A stretch of DNA of 56,934 nt from a virus. Lineage: Duplodnaviria; Caudoviricetes. The notes below the pieces were generated by a model. That model saw only the letters and a program-made list of their open reading frames with translations, was not told the origin of the DNA and made no database searches. The stretch lies in IMG/VR virus record IMGVR_UViG_3300046804_003678, positions 1 to 56,934 of that record; one strand, written 5' to 3'. Position 1 is the first letter of the stretch, and each line of letters starts with the position of its first letter. The translations under genes and the position numbers were made by a program. Shown piece after piece: positions 28,634-38,593 of the stretch.

Positions 28634-31354
28634 ATGACAGATAATAAGAAGATAGATAACAATAAAGACAAAAAAGGCTCGTTCGATCACGAAGACTTTC
28701 GTCGTCAGATTGTCTATCTTCATAAGCCAGATATCAATAAAAAGCATATAGAAAAGGCATCTCAAGAAATTGAGAAGAAGTTTTCAACACATTTTAACAG
28801 TTCATCAAAAGGTAGATCGGTCAAAACAATGCCAGAAGAAAATAAAGTTAACGTGTTAAACACTGTAATGGAAACTGCAAAGAAACGTATTGATGAAGTT
28901 TCAGCTCAGATGGCTACCCATGCTTCAGTTAAGGCAAAAGAAAAAGCCAACAGAATCGTAAACAAATACAATGATACTATGATTGAACCACACAATAAAA
29001 TTGAAGGTGGTTGGATGGTAAAGCCTGGCAAAGAAAAAGAAGCATCATCTATGATGAATACAGCAGATAAAAAACGTGATCAGGCTAATAAATTTTCATT
29101 GTATGCAAAAATTAAAGCTCGTAAAGAAATGAAAAATGAAGAAGTAGTAGATGAAGGCCTAGGAAAGAACATTATAGCAGGAGTCACGGCTCTTGGTATT
29201 GGTGCAGGTGTTGGTGCTGCTACATCAAAGGCATTTCCAGATAAGCCTGCTACTTATCAAGTAATTGGCAATAATGTTGTTATGAAGAAGAATCCTGGTA
29301 AAATTGTTCATACTGCTAAAAGTAAAGAAGATGCTATGAAGTGGGCTACTACTCAAAAAGAAGAAGTAGAACAGGTAGATGAGATCAGTGCTAAGACTGG
29401 TATGTCATATAGCATCAAGGCAACAAGTCAAGTAGGTAAGGGTAACCTAGACTCATCAAAAGAATCAAAGAGACTGGCTGGAGTAAAAATGGCAGACGAC
29501 AAATATCGTAAGATGCAAGGTAAATCAACTCAAGCTAAGGTAGGGTTTGGTGAAGACAAGGAACACATTGATGAAGGCATGCCTTCTGGTGTAGTTAAAG
29601 ATAAAGCTAGATTAGCACAAATGTCTGACCAAGAATTTGCTGAAAAGTATAAAGATCTATCCGATGACAGATTGAGAGCAAAAGCTCGCATACATGCAAT
29701 TAAAGATCAAGAGCATTACGTAAAGCGTCGTAAAAGAGGCTTATCAGAAGAAGCTGAAAAGAAAAAAATTACTAAGATTAAACTTGGTAAGGAAAAAGAA
29801 GATATTGGCTATAAGGTAGTAGATGTTGGTCCTGGAGGAAAAGAAACAGTTAGGAAACAACATAACTGGAAAGAAGAAGTAGAACAAGTTGATGAAATGG
29901 GTAAAAAAGGTTCATTTCGTCCTGTAAGTCCTGGCGTTCAAAATCTTCGTACTGCACAAGCAGCAACTAGAGGTGATAAAGCTTTAGATAAAGAATATCA
30001 TTATGGTACTACAAAAGGTGGTGTATCTCCTATTGCTAGTAAAAGAAGAGAACAGGGATTTGGCTCTGTAGCAAATTATAATAGTGCACATGCAGCATTG
30101 ACTGCAAAAAAACAAGGTGCTAGTGGAAAAGGTCAAGACGCTGCTATTCACAAAGGTTGGGGAAAGACTGTAGATCAAATGCCTGCTGCAAATCCAGAAA
30201 AACAAGCTGCTAGAAAGAAATTACAACAAACATCATTTAGTTCTCTGTCTAAAGGTGAGCAAGAAAAAGATACTGTGTTGAGAAAAGGTATTACGTCAGA
30301 GGAATTATCAATCTACGAAGGTTGGTATGATACAAAACCAAATTCAGATGGTACTCATACAGTTGTAAAAATTAATAATGATAAAAACCCTTACAACCAC
30401 AAAGTTGGTGACACGGTTTCTAAGGGTGAACACACAACTAGAATGTATCATAGTGATGGTAGTGCATATAGCCAAGTTCAAAAAGAACAATTTGGTTTAG
30501 ATGAAGGTCGTGGTCGTCCTCCTAAGGTTGGTTCAAAAGCATGGCATGCAAAACAAGCTGCAGCAAAATCAGGTGAAGGTGAAGAGCAAGAAGCTGACAA
30601 AAACATTGTCAATCAAATGAGAAAAAAGCCAGTCGGTGATTCTCATACTCTTACATTCAACAATGGTGAAAAGAAGCAAGTTCATGTTCAGCACGTAAAC
30701 AAGGCTCTTTCAATGTTGGCTAATACACCAAAACCTGCGGATAGAGAGAAGCTTCAAAATAGCTTTTCACATTCTCATGATAGATTCATGGCAACTATCA
30801 AGTCTGGTAAGCCAGTAGAAGATGCTGCTCGTCCTAAAGTATCTCTAGGTAAGATGAAAGCAGAATCAGTTGATCCTTCAACTACTCCTGCTGCAAGAGG
30901 ATCTATCACTACTAGAGTAATTAGAAAACCAGATGGATCTTTAGTTCTTACTAAAACTCATGTAGGTAGAAAATTTACACGTGATGTTGTAGATGCTCAG
31001 GAAGCAATCACAATGTATAATCCTGAAAAGGAAGAGAAAGAAGAGAAGAAAGAAAAGCATGAGACTCCAAAAGGACTCAGTGTGGATCTAACTTCTGATA
31101 GCAGAAAAAAGCTAGCTAGTGATCCCCTAGCATCCAAAGAAAAATTTGATATTCCTCCTACTGTTGGAAATAAATCTGCAGGTGGAGAAGATACTACGTA
31201 TGGAATGGGAAAATATTCAGTTGCAGAGGATGAAACCCTAAATAATCTATATGCAGATTTATCAGAAGAAAACAAGCAGATTTTTAATAATTTAATACAA
31301 ACTGAGCAGGGAATTGAAAAACTTCTCCAGTTTGCAGCAAATCAAGGGTACTAA
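28634..31354 (+). CDS. Very large modular internal head/prohead core protein (906 aa)
   Basis: KEEVEQVDE twice, EEVVDE, EHIDE and GLDE linkers; C-terminus LYADLSEENK...LLQFA. Confidence 0.65.
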   Translation: MTDNKKIDNNKDKKGSFDHEDFRRQIVYLHKPDINKKHIEKASQEIEKKFSTHFNSSSKGRSVKTMPEENKVNVLNTVMETAKKRIDEVSAQMATHASVKAKEKANRIVNKYNDTMIEPHNKIEGGWMVKPGKEKEASSMMNTADKKRDQANKFSLYAKIKARKEMKNEEVVDEGLGKNIIAGVTALGIGAGVGAATSKAFPDKPATYQVIGNNVVMKKNPGKIVHTAKSKEDAMKWATTQKEEVEQVDEISAKTGMSYSIKATSQVGKGNLDSSKESKRLAGVKMADDKYRKMQGKSTQAKVGFGEDKEHIDEGMPSGVVKDKARLAQMSDQEFAEKYKDLSDDRLRAKARIHAIKDQEHYVKRRKRGLSEEAEKKKITKIKLGKEKEDIGYKVVDVGPGGKETVRKQHNWKEEVEQVDEMGKKGSFRPVSPGVQNLRTAQAATRGDKALDKEYHYGTTKGGVSPIASKRREQGFGSVANYNSAHAALTAKKQGASGKGQDAAIHKGWGKTVDQMPAANPEKQAARKKLQQTSFSSLSKGEQEKDTVLRKGITSEELSIYEGWYDTKPNSDGTHTVVKINNDKNPYNHKVGDTVSKGEHTTRMYHSDGSAYSQVQKEQFGLDEGRGRPPKVGSKAWHAKQAAAKSGEGEEQEADKNIVNQMRKKPVGDSHTLTFNNGEKKQVHVQHVNKALSMLANTPKPADREKLQNSFSHSHDRFMATIKSGKPVEDAARPKVSLGKMKAESVDPSTTPAARGSITTRVIRKPDGSLVLTKTHVGRKFTRDVVDAQEAITMYNPEKEEKEEKKEKHETPKGLSVDLTSDSRKKLASDPLASKEKFDIPPTVGNKSAGGEDTTYGMGKYSVAEDETLNNLYADLSEENKQIFNNLIQTEQGIEKLLQFAANQGY

Positions 31355-31357
31355 AAT

Positions 31358-31609
31358 ATGTCTTCAGTATACAAGCTTTTGGGAACAGAATTATCAATAT
31401 CTTCAGCCAATACAGTATCTACTGCTAAGGTTGTTAGAGTAGTTAATGTTACTAATGCTATCACAGTTCTTACTGTTGCATATTCTAATGGTACCTCATA
31501 TGGAAATACAACTATTGCTCCAAATGAAACTTTGATCGTAGAAAAATCACCAACAGATACTGTTGCTGGATCAAATTTAAGAGCATCATCTATTGCTTAT
31601 AGGAACTAA
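31358..31609 (+). CDS. Small beta-rich virion-region protein
   Basis: Immediately upstream of gp21. Confidence 0.6.
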   Translation: MSSVYKLLGTELSISSANTVSTAKVVRVVNVTNAITVLTVAYSNGTSYGNTTIAPNETLIVEKSPTDTVAGSNLRASSIAYRN

Positions 31610-31613
31610 TTAA

Positions 31614-32291
31614 ATGAAACTTATTACTGAAGTCAATGAAGAGCTAAACTATATTGCAGAAGAAGGCTCAGAAGGCAAAAAGAACCTTTATATCGAAGGT
31701 ATCTTTCTTCAAGGTGGTCTTGTAAATCGTAATGGTAGAATGTATGACCCTGATATTCTAAGTAAAGAAGTAGACCGTTACACTAATGATGCAGTAAACA
31801 ATAATCGTGCTTACGGTGAGTTAGGTCATCCATCAGGTCCTTCTATCAACCTAGAACGTGTATGTATGATGATTAAGTCATTAAAGCGCGAAGGCAATAA
31901 CTTCATTGGTAAAGCTAAGATAATGGAAACACCTTACGGACAGATTGTTAAGAATCTTATGTCAGAAGGCGCTAAGCTTGGCGTATCTTCAAGAGGCATG
32001 GGTTCTCTTAAAGAAGTTAATGGTGTAAATATGGTACAGGATGATTTCTATCTTGCTACAGCAGCAGATATTGTAGCTGATCCTTCCGCTCCTGATGCTT
32101 ATGTAAATGGCGTTATGGAAGGCGTAGAGTGGATCTGGGATAATGGCCTGTTAAAAGCTACACAACCTCAAAAAGCAGAGGAAATTTCTAGAGTTGCTGA
32201 ACAGCATAAGGAAGAAATAAAACAAACTCCAAAAGCAGATCTTGCAGAAGCAAAGATCAGAGTTTTCCAACATTTCCTTTCGAAACTATAA
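31614..32291 (+). CDS. gp21: Prohead core protease gp21
   Basis: GELGHP, GVSSRGMGS, DIVADPSAPDA. Confidence 0.95.
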   Translation: MKLITEVNEELNYIAEEGSEGKKNLYIEGIFLQGGLVNRNGRMYDPDILSKEVDRYTNDAVNNNRAYGELGHPSGPSINLERVCMMIKSLKREGNNFIGKAKIMETPYGQIVKNLMSEGAKLGVSSRGMGSLKEVNGVNMVQDDFYLATAADIVADPSAPDAYVNGVMEGVEWIWDNGLLKATQPQKAEEISRVAEQHKEEIKQTPKADLAEAKIRVFQHFLSKL

Positions 32292-32295
32292 AAAA

Positions 32296-32303
32296 TATAA
32301 ATA
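32296..32303 (+). promoter_or_regulatory. Late promoter TATAAATA
   Basis: Upstream of gp22. Confidence 0.8.
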
Positions 32304-32329
32304 ATTTATACAACTTTAAGGAGAAACTA

Positions 32330-33421
32330 ATGAGTAACGAAATTAATCAGATTGACGATCAAGTAGAAGTTAGCGAAGCAGACGCTTCAGCTAACATGGC
32401 TACTATCGCCGCAAAACCAACAGACGTTTCACGTTCTGATCTTATTGCAAAAATGGTAGCATATGCATCCAAAGCAGACAAGGGTGAACTTGCTGATTTT
32501 GTTGCAAGCATTGGTTCTGCAGAAGCTAACCCTAACGCAACTACGCCAGATGAAGCAGCTGCTGCTGTTTCTGCTGCTGCAGGTGCAGTTGGTGACAACT
32601 CAGAAAAGAATAAGGCTACTATTAAGTCATCAGGTAAACCAGCTGATCCTATGCCATCAGTAAAAGAAGACCTTGCTCTTCTTTTTGGTGACTCAACTGA
32701 TCTTACAGAAGACTTCAGAGTAAAAGTAGAATCATTATTTGAAGCTGCTGTTTCAACACGTGTTAATATCCGTGTAGCAGAATTGGAAGAAGCTTATGAA
32801 GCAACAGCAGCAGAGCTTGCTGAACAGCATGAAGCTTCACTAAATGAATCAGTAGAAGAAATTAAGAACGAAATGGTTGAGAACATTGATAACTATCTCA
32901 ACTATGCAGTTGCAGAATGGATTTCAGAAAATAAGCTTGCTATTGAAAACAACATTAAGACTGAGATTGCTGAATCATTCATGACAAATCTCAAGAATGT
33001 TTTTGAACAGCACTATGTAAACATTCCAGATGATCAGGTAGACGTTGTAGAAGCAATGGCTGCTGAAGTAGAAGAACTCAAGGCTAAAGTAAATGATCTT
33101 ACTGAAACCAATATTGAGCTCTCTAAAGTAGTTAGCGAAAAAGAAATCAAGGATATCGCTGATGATCTTTCAGAAGGAATGACTGACACACAGAAAGAAA
33201 AGTTTGTAAAGCTTGCAGAAGCTATCAGCTTTTCTGATGTAGAAGAATTTCGCAAGAAGGCTTCCGTAATTAAAGAAACATACTTCCCTAAGAATGTGGA
33301 AGTTAAAGTTGCACAGGATCAACTTCTTAGCGAAACTGTGGAAGAGCCAGTAAAGGCCGCTTCACTTGATCCAGCGATGCAAATGTATGTTTCTTCTATC
33401 ACTAGAAATTCTAAAAAGTAA
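32330..33421 (+). CDS. gp22: Prohead scaffold protein gp22
   Basis: FEAAV, YLNYAVAEW..EN.LAIE, F..HYV.IP. Confidence 0.9.
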   Translation: MSNEINQIDDQVEVSEADASANMATIAAKPTDVSRSDLIAKMVAYASKADKGELADFVASIGSAEANPNATTPDEAAAAVSAAAGAVGDNSEKNKATIKSSGKPADPMPSVKEDLALLFGDSTDLTEDFRVKVESLFEAAVSTRVNIRVAELEEAYEATAAELAEQHEASLNESVEEIKNEMVENIDNYLNYAVAEWISENKLAIENNIKTEIAESFMTNLKNVFEQHYVNIPDDQVDVVEAMAAEVEELKAKVNDLTETNIELSKVVSEKEIKDIADDLSEGMTDTQKEKFVKLAEAISFSDVEEFRKKASVIKETYFPKNVEVKVAQDQLLSETVEEPVKAASLDPAMQMYVSSITRNSKK

Positions 33422-33426
33422 GTACA

Positions 33427-33434
33427 TATAAATA
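33427..33434 (+). promoter_or_regulatory. Late promoter TATAAATA
   Basis: Upstream of gp23. Confidence 0.85.
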
Positions 33435-33466
33435 ATATAGGTAAAAAACTCTAAAAGGAGATAAAA

Positions 33467-34852
33467 ATGCAAGGTTTTAATGAACAGTTAATTGCAAAGT
33501 GGAAGCCAGTGCTTGAGCACGAAGATCTTCCAAGAATTGCAGACGCTCACAAGCGTTCAGTAATTGCTACACTTCTTGAAAATACCGAACAGGCTATGAT
33601 TCAAGAAAATGCAGCAGCTAAGAATTTTGGAATGCTAGCAGAAGTTGCTACTAACTCAGTCGGTACTGGTGGATATGGTGCAGGCGGTGGTGCAGGTGTT
33701 GCTGGTTATGACCCAATTCTTATCTCACTTATCCGTCGTGCAATGCCTAACCTCGTTGCATACGACATCTGCGGCGTACAGCCAATGACAGGTCCAACAG
33801 GACTTATCTTCGCAATGCGTTCACAGTATGCAAACTCAACAAACAGAGAAGCTTTTGGTTCAAACAATTCAGAAGCATTCTATGATGAAGCAAACACTGC
33901 ATTCTCAACATCACGCGCTGGTACAAACGTGATTGGTGAAAAGAATACAGGTACATCACCAAACTACAGCAATGCACAAGCAAATACTTCACAGTATAAC
34001 TTTGCTGGTGGTATGACTACATCAACTGCAGAAGCACTTGGTGTTGCAGCTGATTCATTCCCAGAAATGGCATTCTCAATTGATAAGGTATCAGTAACTG
34101 CACGTTCACGCGCTCTAAAGGCTGAATACACTATCGAACTCGCACAGGACCTTAAGGCAGTCCATGGTCTTGATGCAGAGACTGAACTTGCTAACATCCT
34201 TCAGTCTGAAATCCTTGCTGAAATCAACCGCGAAGTAATTCGTACAATCAATGTTTCAGCTCGTCAGGGTGCTCAAGAAGGTACAACTGTTGCAGGTATC
34301 TTTGATCTTGATACAGATTCAAACGGCCGTTGGTCAGTAGAAAAGTTCAAGGGTCTTATGTTCCAGCTTGAAAGAGAAGCTAATAAGATTGCTAAGGACA
34401 CACGTCGTGGTAAGGGTAACATTGTTATCTGTTCTTCAGACGTAGCTTCTGCACTTCAGATGGCAGGCGTACTTGATTATACTCCAGCTCTTGCATCAAA
34501 CAACCTTCAGGTTGATGATACAGGTAACACATTCGCTGGTGTTCTAAACGGACGCTTCAGAGTGTATGTAGATCCATATACAACTGCAAACTATCTAACA
34601 GTTGGCTATAAGGGTTCAAATGCATTCGATGCTGGTATCTTCTACTGCCCATACGTACCACTTCAGATGGTTCGTGCAGTTGGCCAAGATACATTCCAGC
34701 CAAAGATTGGATTCAAGACTCGTTATGGAATGGTTGCTAACCCATTTGCTCAATCACAGCAGGGTTCACCAAATCTTCAGACAAGTACTTCAGATCCTTC
34801 ATATAACACAAACTCATACTATCGTAGAGTTATTGTTAACAACATCATGTAA
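33467..34852 (+). CDS. gp23: Major capsid protein gp23
   Basis: GVQPMTGPTGLIFAMR, ELAQDLKAVHGLDAE, FQPKIGFKTRYG. Confidence 0.97.
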   Translation: MQGFNEQLIAKWKPVLEHEDLPRIADAHKRSVIATLLENTEQAMIQENAAAKNFGMLAEVATNSVGTGGYGAGGGAGVAGYDPILISLIRRAMPNLVAYDICGVQPMTGPTGLIFAMRSQYANSTNREAFGSNNSEAFYDEANTAFSTSRAGTNVIGEKNTGTSPNYSNAQANTSQYNFAGGMTTSTAEALGVAADSFPEMAFSIDKVSVTARSRALKAEYTIELAQDLKAVHGLDAETELANILQSEILAEINREVIRTINVSARQGAQEGTTVAGIFDLDTDSNGRWSVEKFKGLMFQLEREANKIAKDTRRGKGNIVICSSDVASALQMAGVLDYTPALASNNLQVDDTGNTFAGVLNGRFRVYVDPYTTANYLTVGYKGSNAFDAGIFYCPYVPLQMVRAVGQDTFQPKIGFKTRYGMVANPFAQSQQGSPNLQTSTSDPSYNTNSYYRRVIVNNIM

Positions 34853-34883
34853 TAAAAAGCAGGATCAACCTGCTCAACTAAAC

Positions 34884-34910
34884 AAAGGGGGCTTCGGCCC
34901 CCTTTTCTTT
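34884..34910 (+). terminator. Rho-independent terminator with UUCG tetraloop
   Basis: AAAGGGGGC-TTCG-GCCCCCTTTT. Confidence 0.9.
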
Positions 34911-34912
34911 TA

Positions 34913-34920
34913 GATAAATA
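34913..34920 (+). promoter_or_regulatory. Late promoter variant GATAAATA
   Basis: Directly after the terminator, upstream of 34950. Confidence 0.6.
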
Positions 34921-34949
34921 TAACATTAGATTTGTCTTGAGGAATCCAT

Positions 34950-37562
34950 ATGCTTTTTTTGTTCTCAGATTACATATATCAAGGTTATAATACTACCCTA
35001 TCAGAAGAGCTATCTGATAGCCAAAAAAAATTGGTAGATAGTTGGGGTAAGGGAAAAGCCGAGGAAATATCATCAGAAGTATTTCCTAAGGGACAAGATA
35101 GAATATCAATTCCTCTCGAACAAAAAGGCAATAAAGAAGAGGAAGAAATTAAACCTCATCCGGATGTAGAAAAACATCTTAGAGATAATGGGTTTGAAAT
35201 AGCAGATTACAAAGGTGGTTATGCTAAAGATAAGCACGGTAGAACTGTATCTATCGGCAAAGCATTAAACAAGACAAATGCACCACTACCAGTAAAACAA
35301 GCATTCGAAAATGATCCTGTAAGAAAAGGATCTACCCAGGCTAAAAAAGGTCTAAAAGTAATCATATCTAGACACCCACATGATGTAGCTGGTATGTCTA
35401 CTGATCAAGGTTGGACATCTTGTATGACTATGAAAAATCCTGAGACTGGTGAAGGTGGTGGATGTAATCAACATTATTTACAACAGGATGTTAAGCACGG
35501 CACCCATGTTGCCTATCTTGTTCATGATGATGACAATGAACTTAAACGTCCTATTGCAAGAATTGCATTAAAACCTTTTACTTCTGATGATGGTAAACAT
35601 ACTGTATTGAGACCAGAATCAAGAGCATATGGTACTGGTGATTCTTCATTTGCTCGTACTGTTAACAACTGGGTAGAGAAAAATTTTCCAGCAAAGCCTA
35701 AAATATTATATAGAAAGAATCAAAATCTTTATCATGATAGTGGAGTAAGGGCATTTGGAGGTGATAAGGATGCATTCTTGGCTAGTAATGATCCTAAAGT
35801 TAGAGCTTCTGCATTTACTAAAGTTGGTTTAGGTATTGATCACGAAGATATTAGTAGAGGTTTGAATGATGAGGATGATAAGGTAAGAACAGCAGCCATT
35901 AAACACAGAGAAGCAACAGCTGATCATATATCAACAGCTTTAATGGATCAAAGTAAAAAGGTTAGAGCTGCTGCTTTAGCTAATCCTAATGCTACTGAAG
36001 ATCATCTTATGCAGGGATTAAAAAGTAAAGACATTAATGTAAAAAAGGCAGTGTTAAAAAATCGTAATGCTTCTGAAAAAGTATTGAGTGCAGCGGTAGA
36101 AGATCCTAAACTTGCTACTTTAGAGCAAGGCTATAAACAAGAAGGTGTATTTGATCATCCAAATACTACCGAGAAAGTTATACAAAAAGGTTTAGATAGT
36201 AAGAATAAAGAAACAAGAGCAGCTGCTATCAAATCTGGCTATCTATCTGATAAGCAGATAAATGATCTTATGGATGATAATGAATATATTGAAAAAAGAT
36301 TTAGTGTTGTAGATGGTAATAAAATAGTTCATCCTGCTGCTGCAGCTATAGAAGCTGCTCGTTTGGTACGCGCAGGTTTAAATCATTCTATTTTTAAAAA
36401 TAATGGTGATAAAGAATATCTTAACGATGAATTAACTGAAAAGGCATTAAATCATCCAGATCATACTGTTAGACTTGCAATGCTAAGAAGTCTTGATGAT
36501 AGACATCCAAAATATAATGAACGTGTAAGTAAATTATTAGATGATAAAGATGACAGGGTAGTGGAAGAAGCAGCAAAAGCTATTGCTCATGGTAGAAGTA
36601 AAATGTTAAATAAGGAAATGGCAGATAAATTACTGAACCATCCTAGTCCTGATGTTCAACAATATGTACAATTTATCAATAGAAGTAATACATTTAAAAA
36701 TTTAGGATATGATCCAGATAAAATAACTGATGAAGGCTTAAAGAATTCATCTCCAAAAGTCAGAGAAGCAGCAGCTAGAAGTGATAATTTAACTAAAGAA
36801 CATGTAGATAAAATAGTTAATGATAAAGATAATAATGTAATAAAAGCTTTACAGTGGGCAGATAGGTATAGAGGAGATGAATATTATACAGATACATTTA
36901 AACAATCTGGAATAAATATATTAAAAAAACCATTACTTACTAAGGAACATCTAACAAAACTAGCCGGTCATTCTGATCCTGAAATAGTATCTGAAGCATT
37001 AAAACACAAAAACTCAGGAAGCGAAGCTATTGATGCTGCTTTAAATAATCAAAATCCAGATGTAGTAGAAGATACTTACAGAAGAATAAAATATGGTATA
37101 CTTCATCATAAAAAATTAAATAGTAATCATATAGATAAAATATTATCAAGATCTGATACAGATATTGATACATTACAAACTTTAGGACGTAATGACAAAT
37201 TAAACCAAGATCATATAGATAGATTAATGAATAGTTCTGATATATCTGTAAGAAGATTGGCTGCTGCTCATTCAAAACTATCATCTCAGCAGATTTATGC
37301 TGCTCAAAGAGATAAAGACCCAGATGTTAGATATTATGCGCTAACAAATAAAAATGTTAAACCTGAACATATCAATGCTGCTATAAGAGATAATCCTAAT
37401 GATGAAAATCTCAAAAAAATAAAGAACTATATAGGAAGCGACGAGGATAAACAAGCTCAAGCTGATGATTTTACTACTTCTGGATACCATAAGGGAATAA
37501 ACAGTAGTAGAGCTAAATGGGTAAGAACTAAATTAATGGGTAAAAGAGATTATGAATGGTAA
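34950..37562 (+). CDS. 870-aa protein: N-terminal globular domain plus HEAT/LRV-like repeats; probable internal virion protein
   Basis: Many D...VR.AA repeats; SRHPHDVAGMSTDQGWTSCM domain; N-terminal FSDYI...LSE. Confidence 0.65.
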   Translation: MLFLFSDYIYQGYNTTLSEELSDSQKKLVDSWGKGKAEEISSEVFPKGQDRISIPLEQKGNKEEEEIKPHPDVEKHLRDNGFEIADYKGGYAKDKHGRTVSIGKALNKTNAPLPVKQAFENDPVRKGSTQAKKGLKVIISRHPHDVAGMSTDQGWTSCMTMKNPETGEGGGCNQHYLQQDVKHGTHVAYLVHDDDNELKRPIARIALKPFTSDDGKHTVLRPESRAYGTGDSSFARTVNNWVEKNFPAKPKILYRKNQNLYHDSGVRAFGGDKDAFLASNDPKVRASAFTKVGLGIDHEDISRGLNDEDDKVRTAAIKHREATADHISTALMDQSKKVRAAALANPNATEDHLMQGLKSKDINVKKAVLKNRNASEKVLSAAVEDPKLATLEQGYKQEGVFDHPNTTEKVIQKGLDSKNKETRAAAIKSGYLSDKQINDLMDDNEYIEKRFSVVDGNKIVHPAAAAIEAARLVRAGLNHSIFKNNGDKEYLNDELTEKALNHPDHTVRLAMLRSLDDRHPKYNERVSKLLDDKDDRVVEEAAKAIAHGRSKMLNKEMADKLLNHPSPDVQQYVQFINRSNTFKNLGYDPDKITDEGLKNSSPKVREAAARSDNLTKEHVDKIVNDKDNNVIKALQWADRYRGDEYYTDTFKQSGINILKKPLLTKEHLTKLAGHSDPEIVSEALKHKNSGSEAIDAALNNQNPDVVEDTYRRIKYGILHHKKLNSNHIDKILSRSDTDIDTLQTLGRNDKLNQDHIDRLMNSSDISVRRLAAAHSKLSSQQIYAAQRDKDPDVRYYALTNKNVKPEHINAAIRDNPNDENLKKIKNYIGSDEDKQAQADDFTTSGYHKGINSSRAKWVRTKLMGKRDYEW

Positions 37563-37585
37563 ATAAAATAGGATATATTAAATAT

Positions 37586-37613
37586 AAAGGGGGCGCGGAG
37601 CCCCCCTTTTTTT
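37586..37613. terminator. Rho-independent (probably bidirectional) terminator
   Basis: AAAGGGGGC-GCGGA-GCCCCCTTTTTTTT between convergent genes. Confidence 0.85.
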
Positions 37614-38214
37614 ATCTAAATGGTGGCCCTGTAATCCATGAAACTAAAGACCTTCTAACTCCAGCTGTTACTGGTTCTACTCTATGAAGAAGGTATGATG
37701 GAAATACCACCACAAAACCTTTTTTCTTTTTAATTGCCACAGGCCCACTTTCTCCATAAATTACTAACTCACCACCTTCATATTCACTGGGTTCAGCTAA
37801 TTGAACTACACAAGAAAGTTTTCTAGCTGGTAAACTAGAATCTATATTAAGATCCATATGATAGTCATAATGACCTTTTTCATTATAAACTGTATACTGA
37901 AGATCTTCATTAAAACCAAAAAGATCAAACCTATAATAATCGCTATTAAGGTTTCTAATTATTACTCCCAATTTACTGTAAATCCATTCTGTTTCTGCAT
38001 TTACACTTATCCAGGATACTTTACTATCTCTAATATGTTTGAATGATTCAAATTCTGATTGATCTAGTTTTGCAATACCTGCTTGTTCAAAATTATTTTT
38101 TTCACCTATTTCTACTATTCTGTTGATTTCTTCATCTGTAAATCCATCTTCCCAAAATGCGTAAGTATACGGTTGGCCAAATTGGTTATCTGGTAAAAAT
38201 TTATAAACTCCCAT
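37612..38214 (-). CDS. 2OG-Fe(II) oxygenase (prolyl-hydroxylase-like)
   Basis: YDYHMD, RKLS, YEGGEL, FPSYLLHRVEPVT.G.R.SLV.W. Confidence 0.9.
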   Translation of the reverse strand: MGVYKFLPDNQFGQPYTYAFWEDGFTDEEINRIVEIGEKNNFEQAGIAKLDQSEFESFKHIRDSKVSWISVNAETEWIYSKLGVIIRNLNSDYYRFDLFGFNEDLQYTVYNEKGHYDYHMDLNIDSSLPARKLSCVVQLAEPSEYEGGELVIYGESGPVAIKKKKGFVVVFPSYLLHRVEPVTAGVRRSLVSWITGPPFR

Positions 38215-38226
38215 AATTATTACCTA

Positions 38227-38583
38227 TCACTTATCGTTTTTATTGACGTAAGTTAAGAATTTATCAGCAGTATCCATAACATCTTTAGATGTAACTATAA
38301 CATCTTTTTTTTCAGCAAACTTTAATGCCTGTTCTACAGCCCATTGGCGATCCCACACATCATCCCGCATACGCCCAGTATCAAGCTTCTTTGCTAACTC
38401 TTCCATCATACTAAGCTGGATGTTATGCATAGTAAGATATGCCTGATCTGATACAGGAAGTTCCTTGATACGTTCTTCCAATACAGATACTGCTGTACGA
38501 AGATGACCTGTATCTTCTGGAAGAAAACGAGACTTCAAGATCTCAATCTCGTTCTTTAAGATTTGTTCTACAATGTTACTCAT
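38227..38583 (-). CDS. Hypothetical protein
   Basis: SD GGAG; in operon. Confidence 0.7.
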   Translation of the reverse strand: MSNIVEQILKNEIEILKSRFLPEDTGHLRTAVSVLEERIKELPVSDQAYLTMHNIQLSMMEELAKKLDTGRMRDDVWDRQWAVEQALKFAEKKDVIVTSKDVMDTADKFLTYVNKNDK

Positions 38584-38593
38584 ATTATTACTC

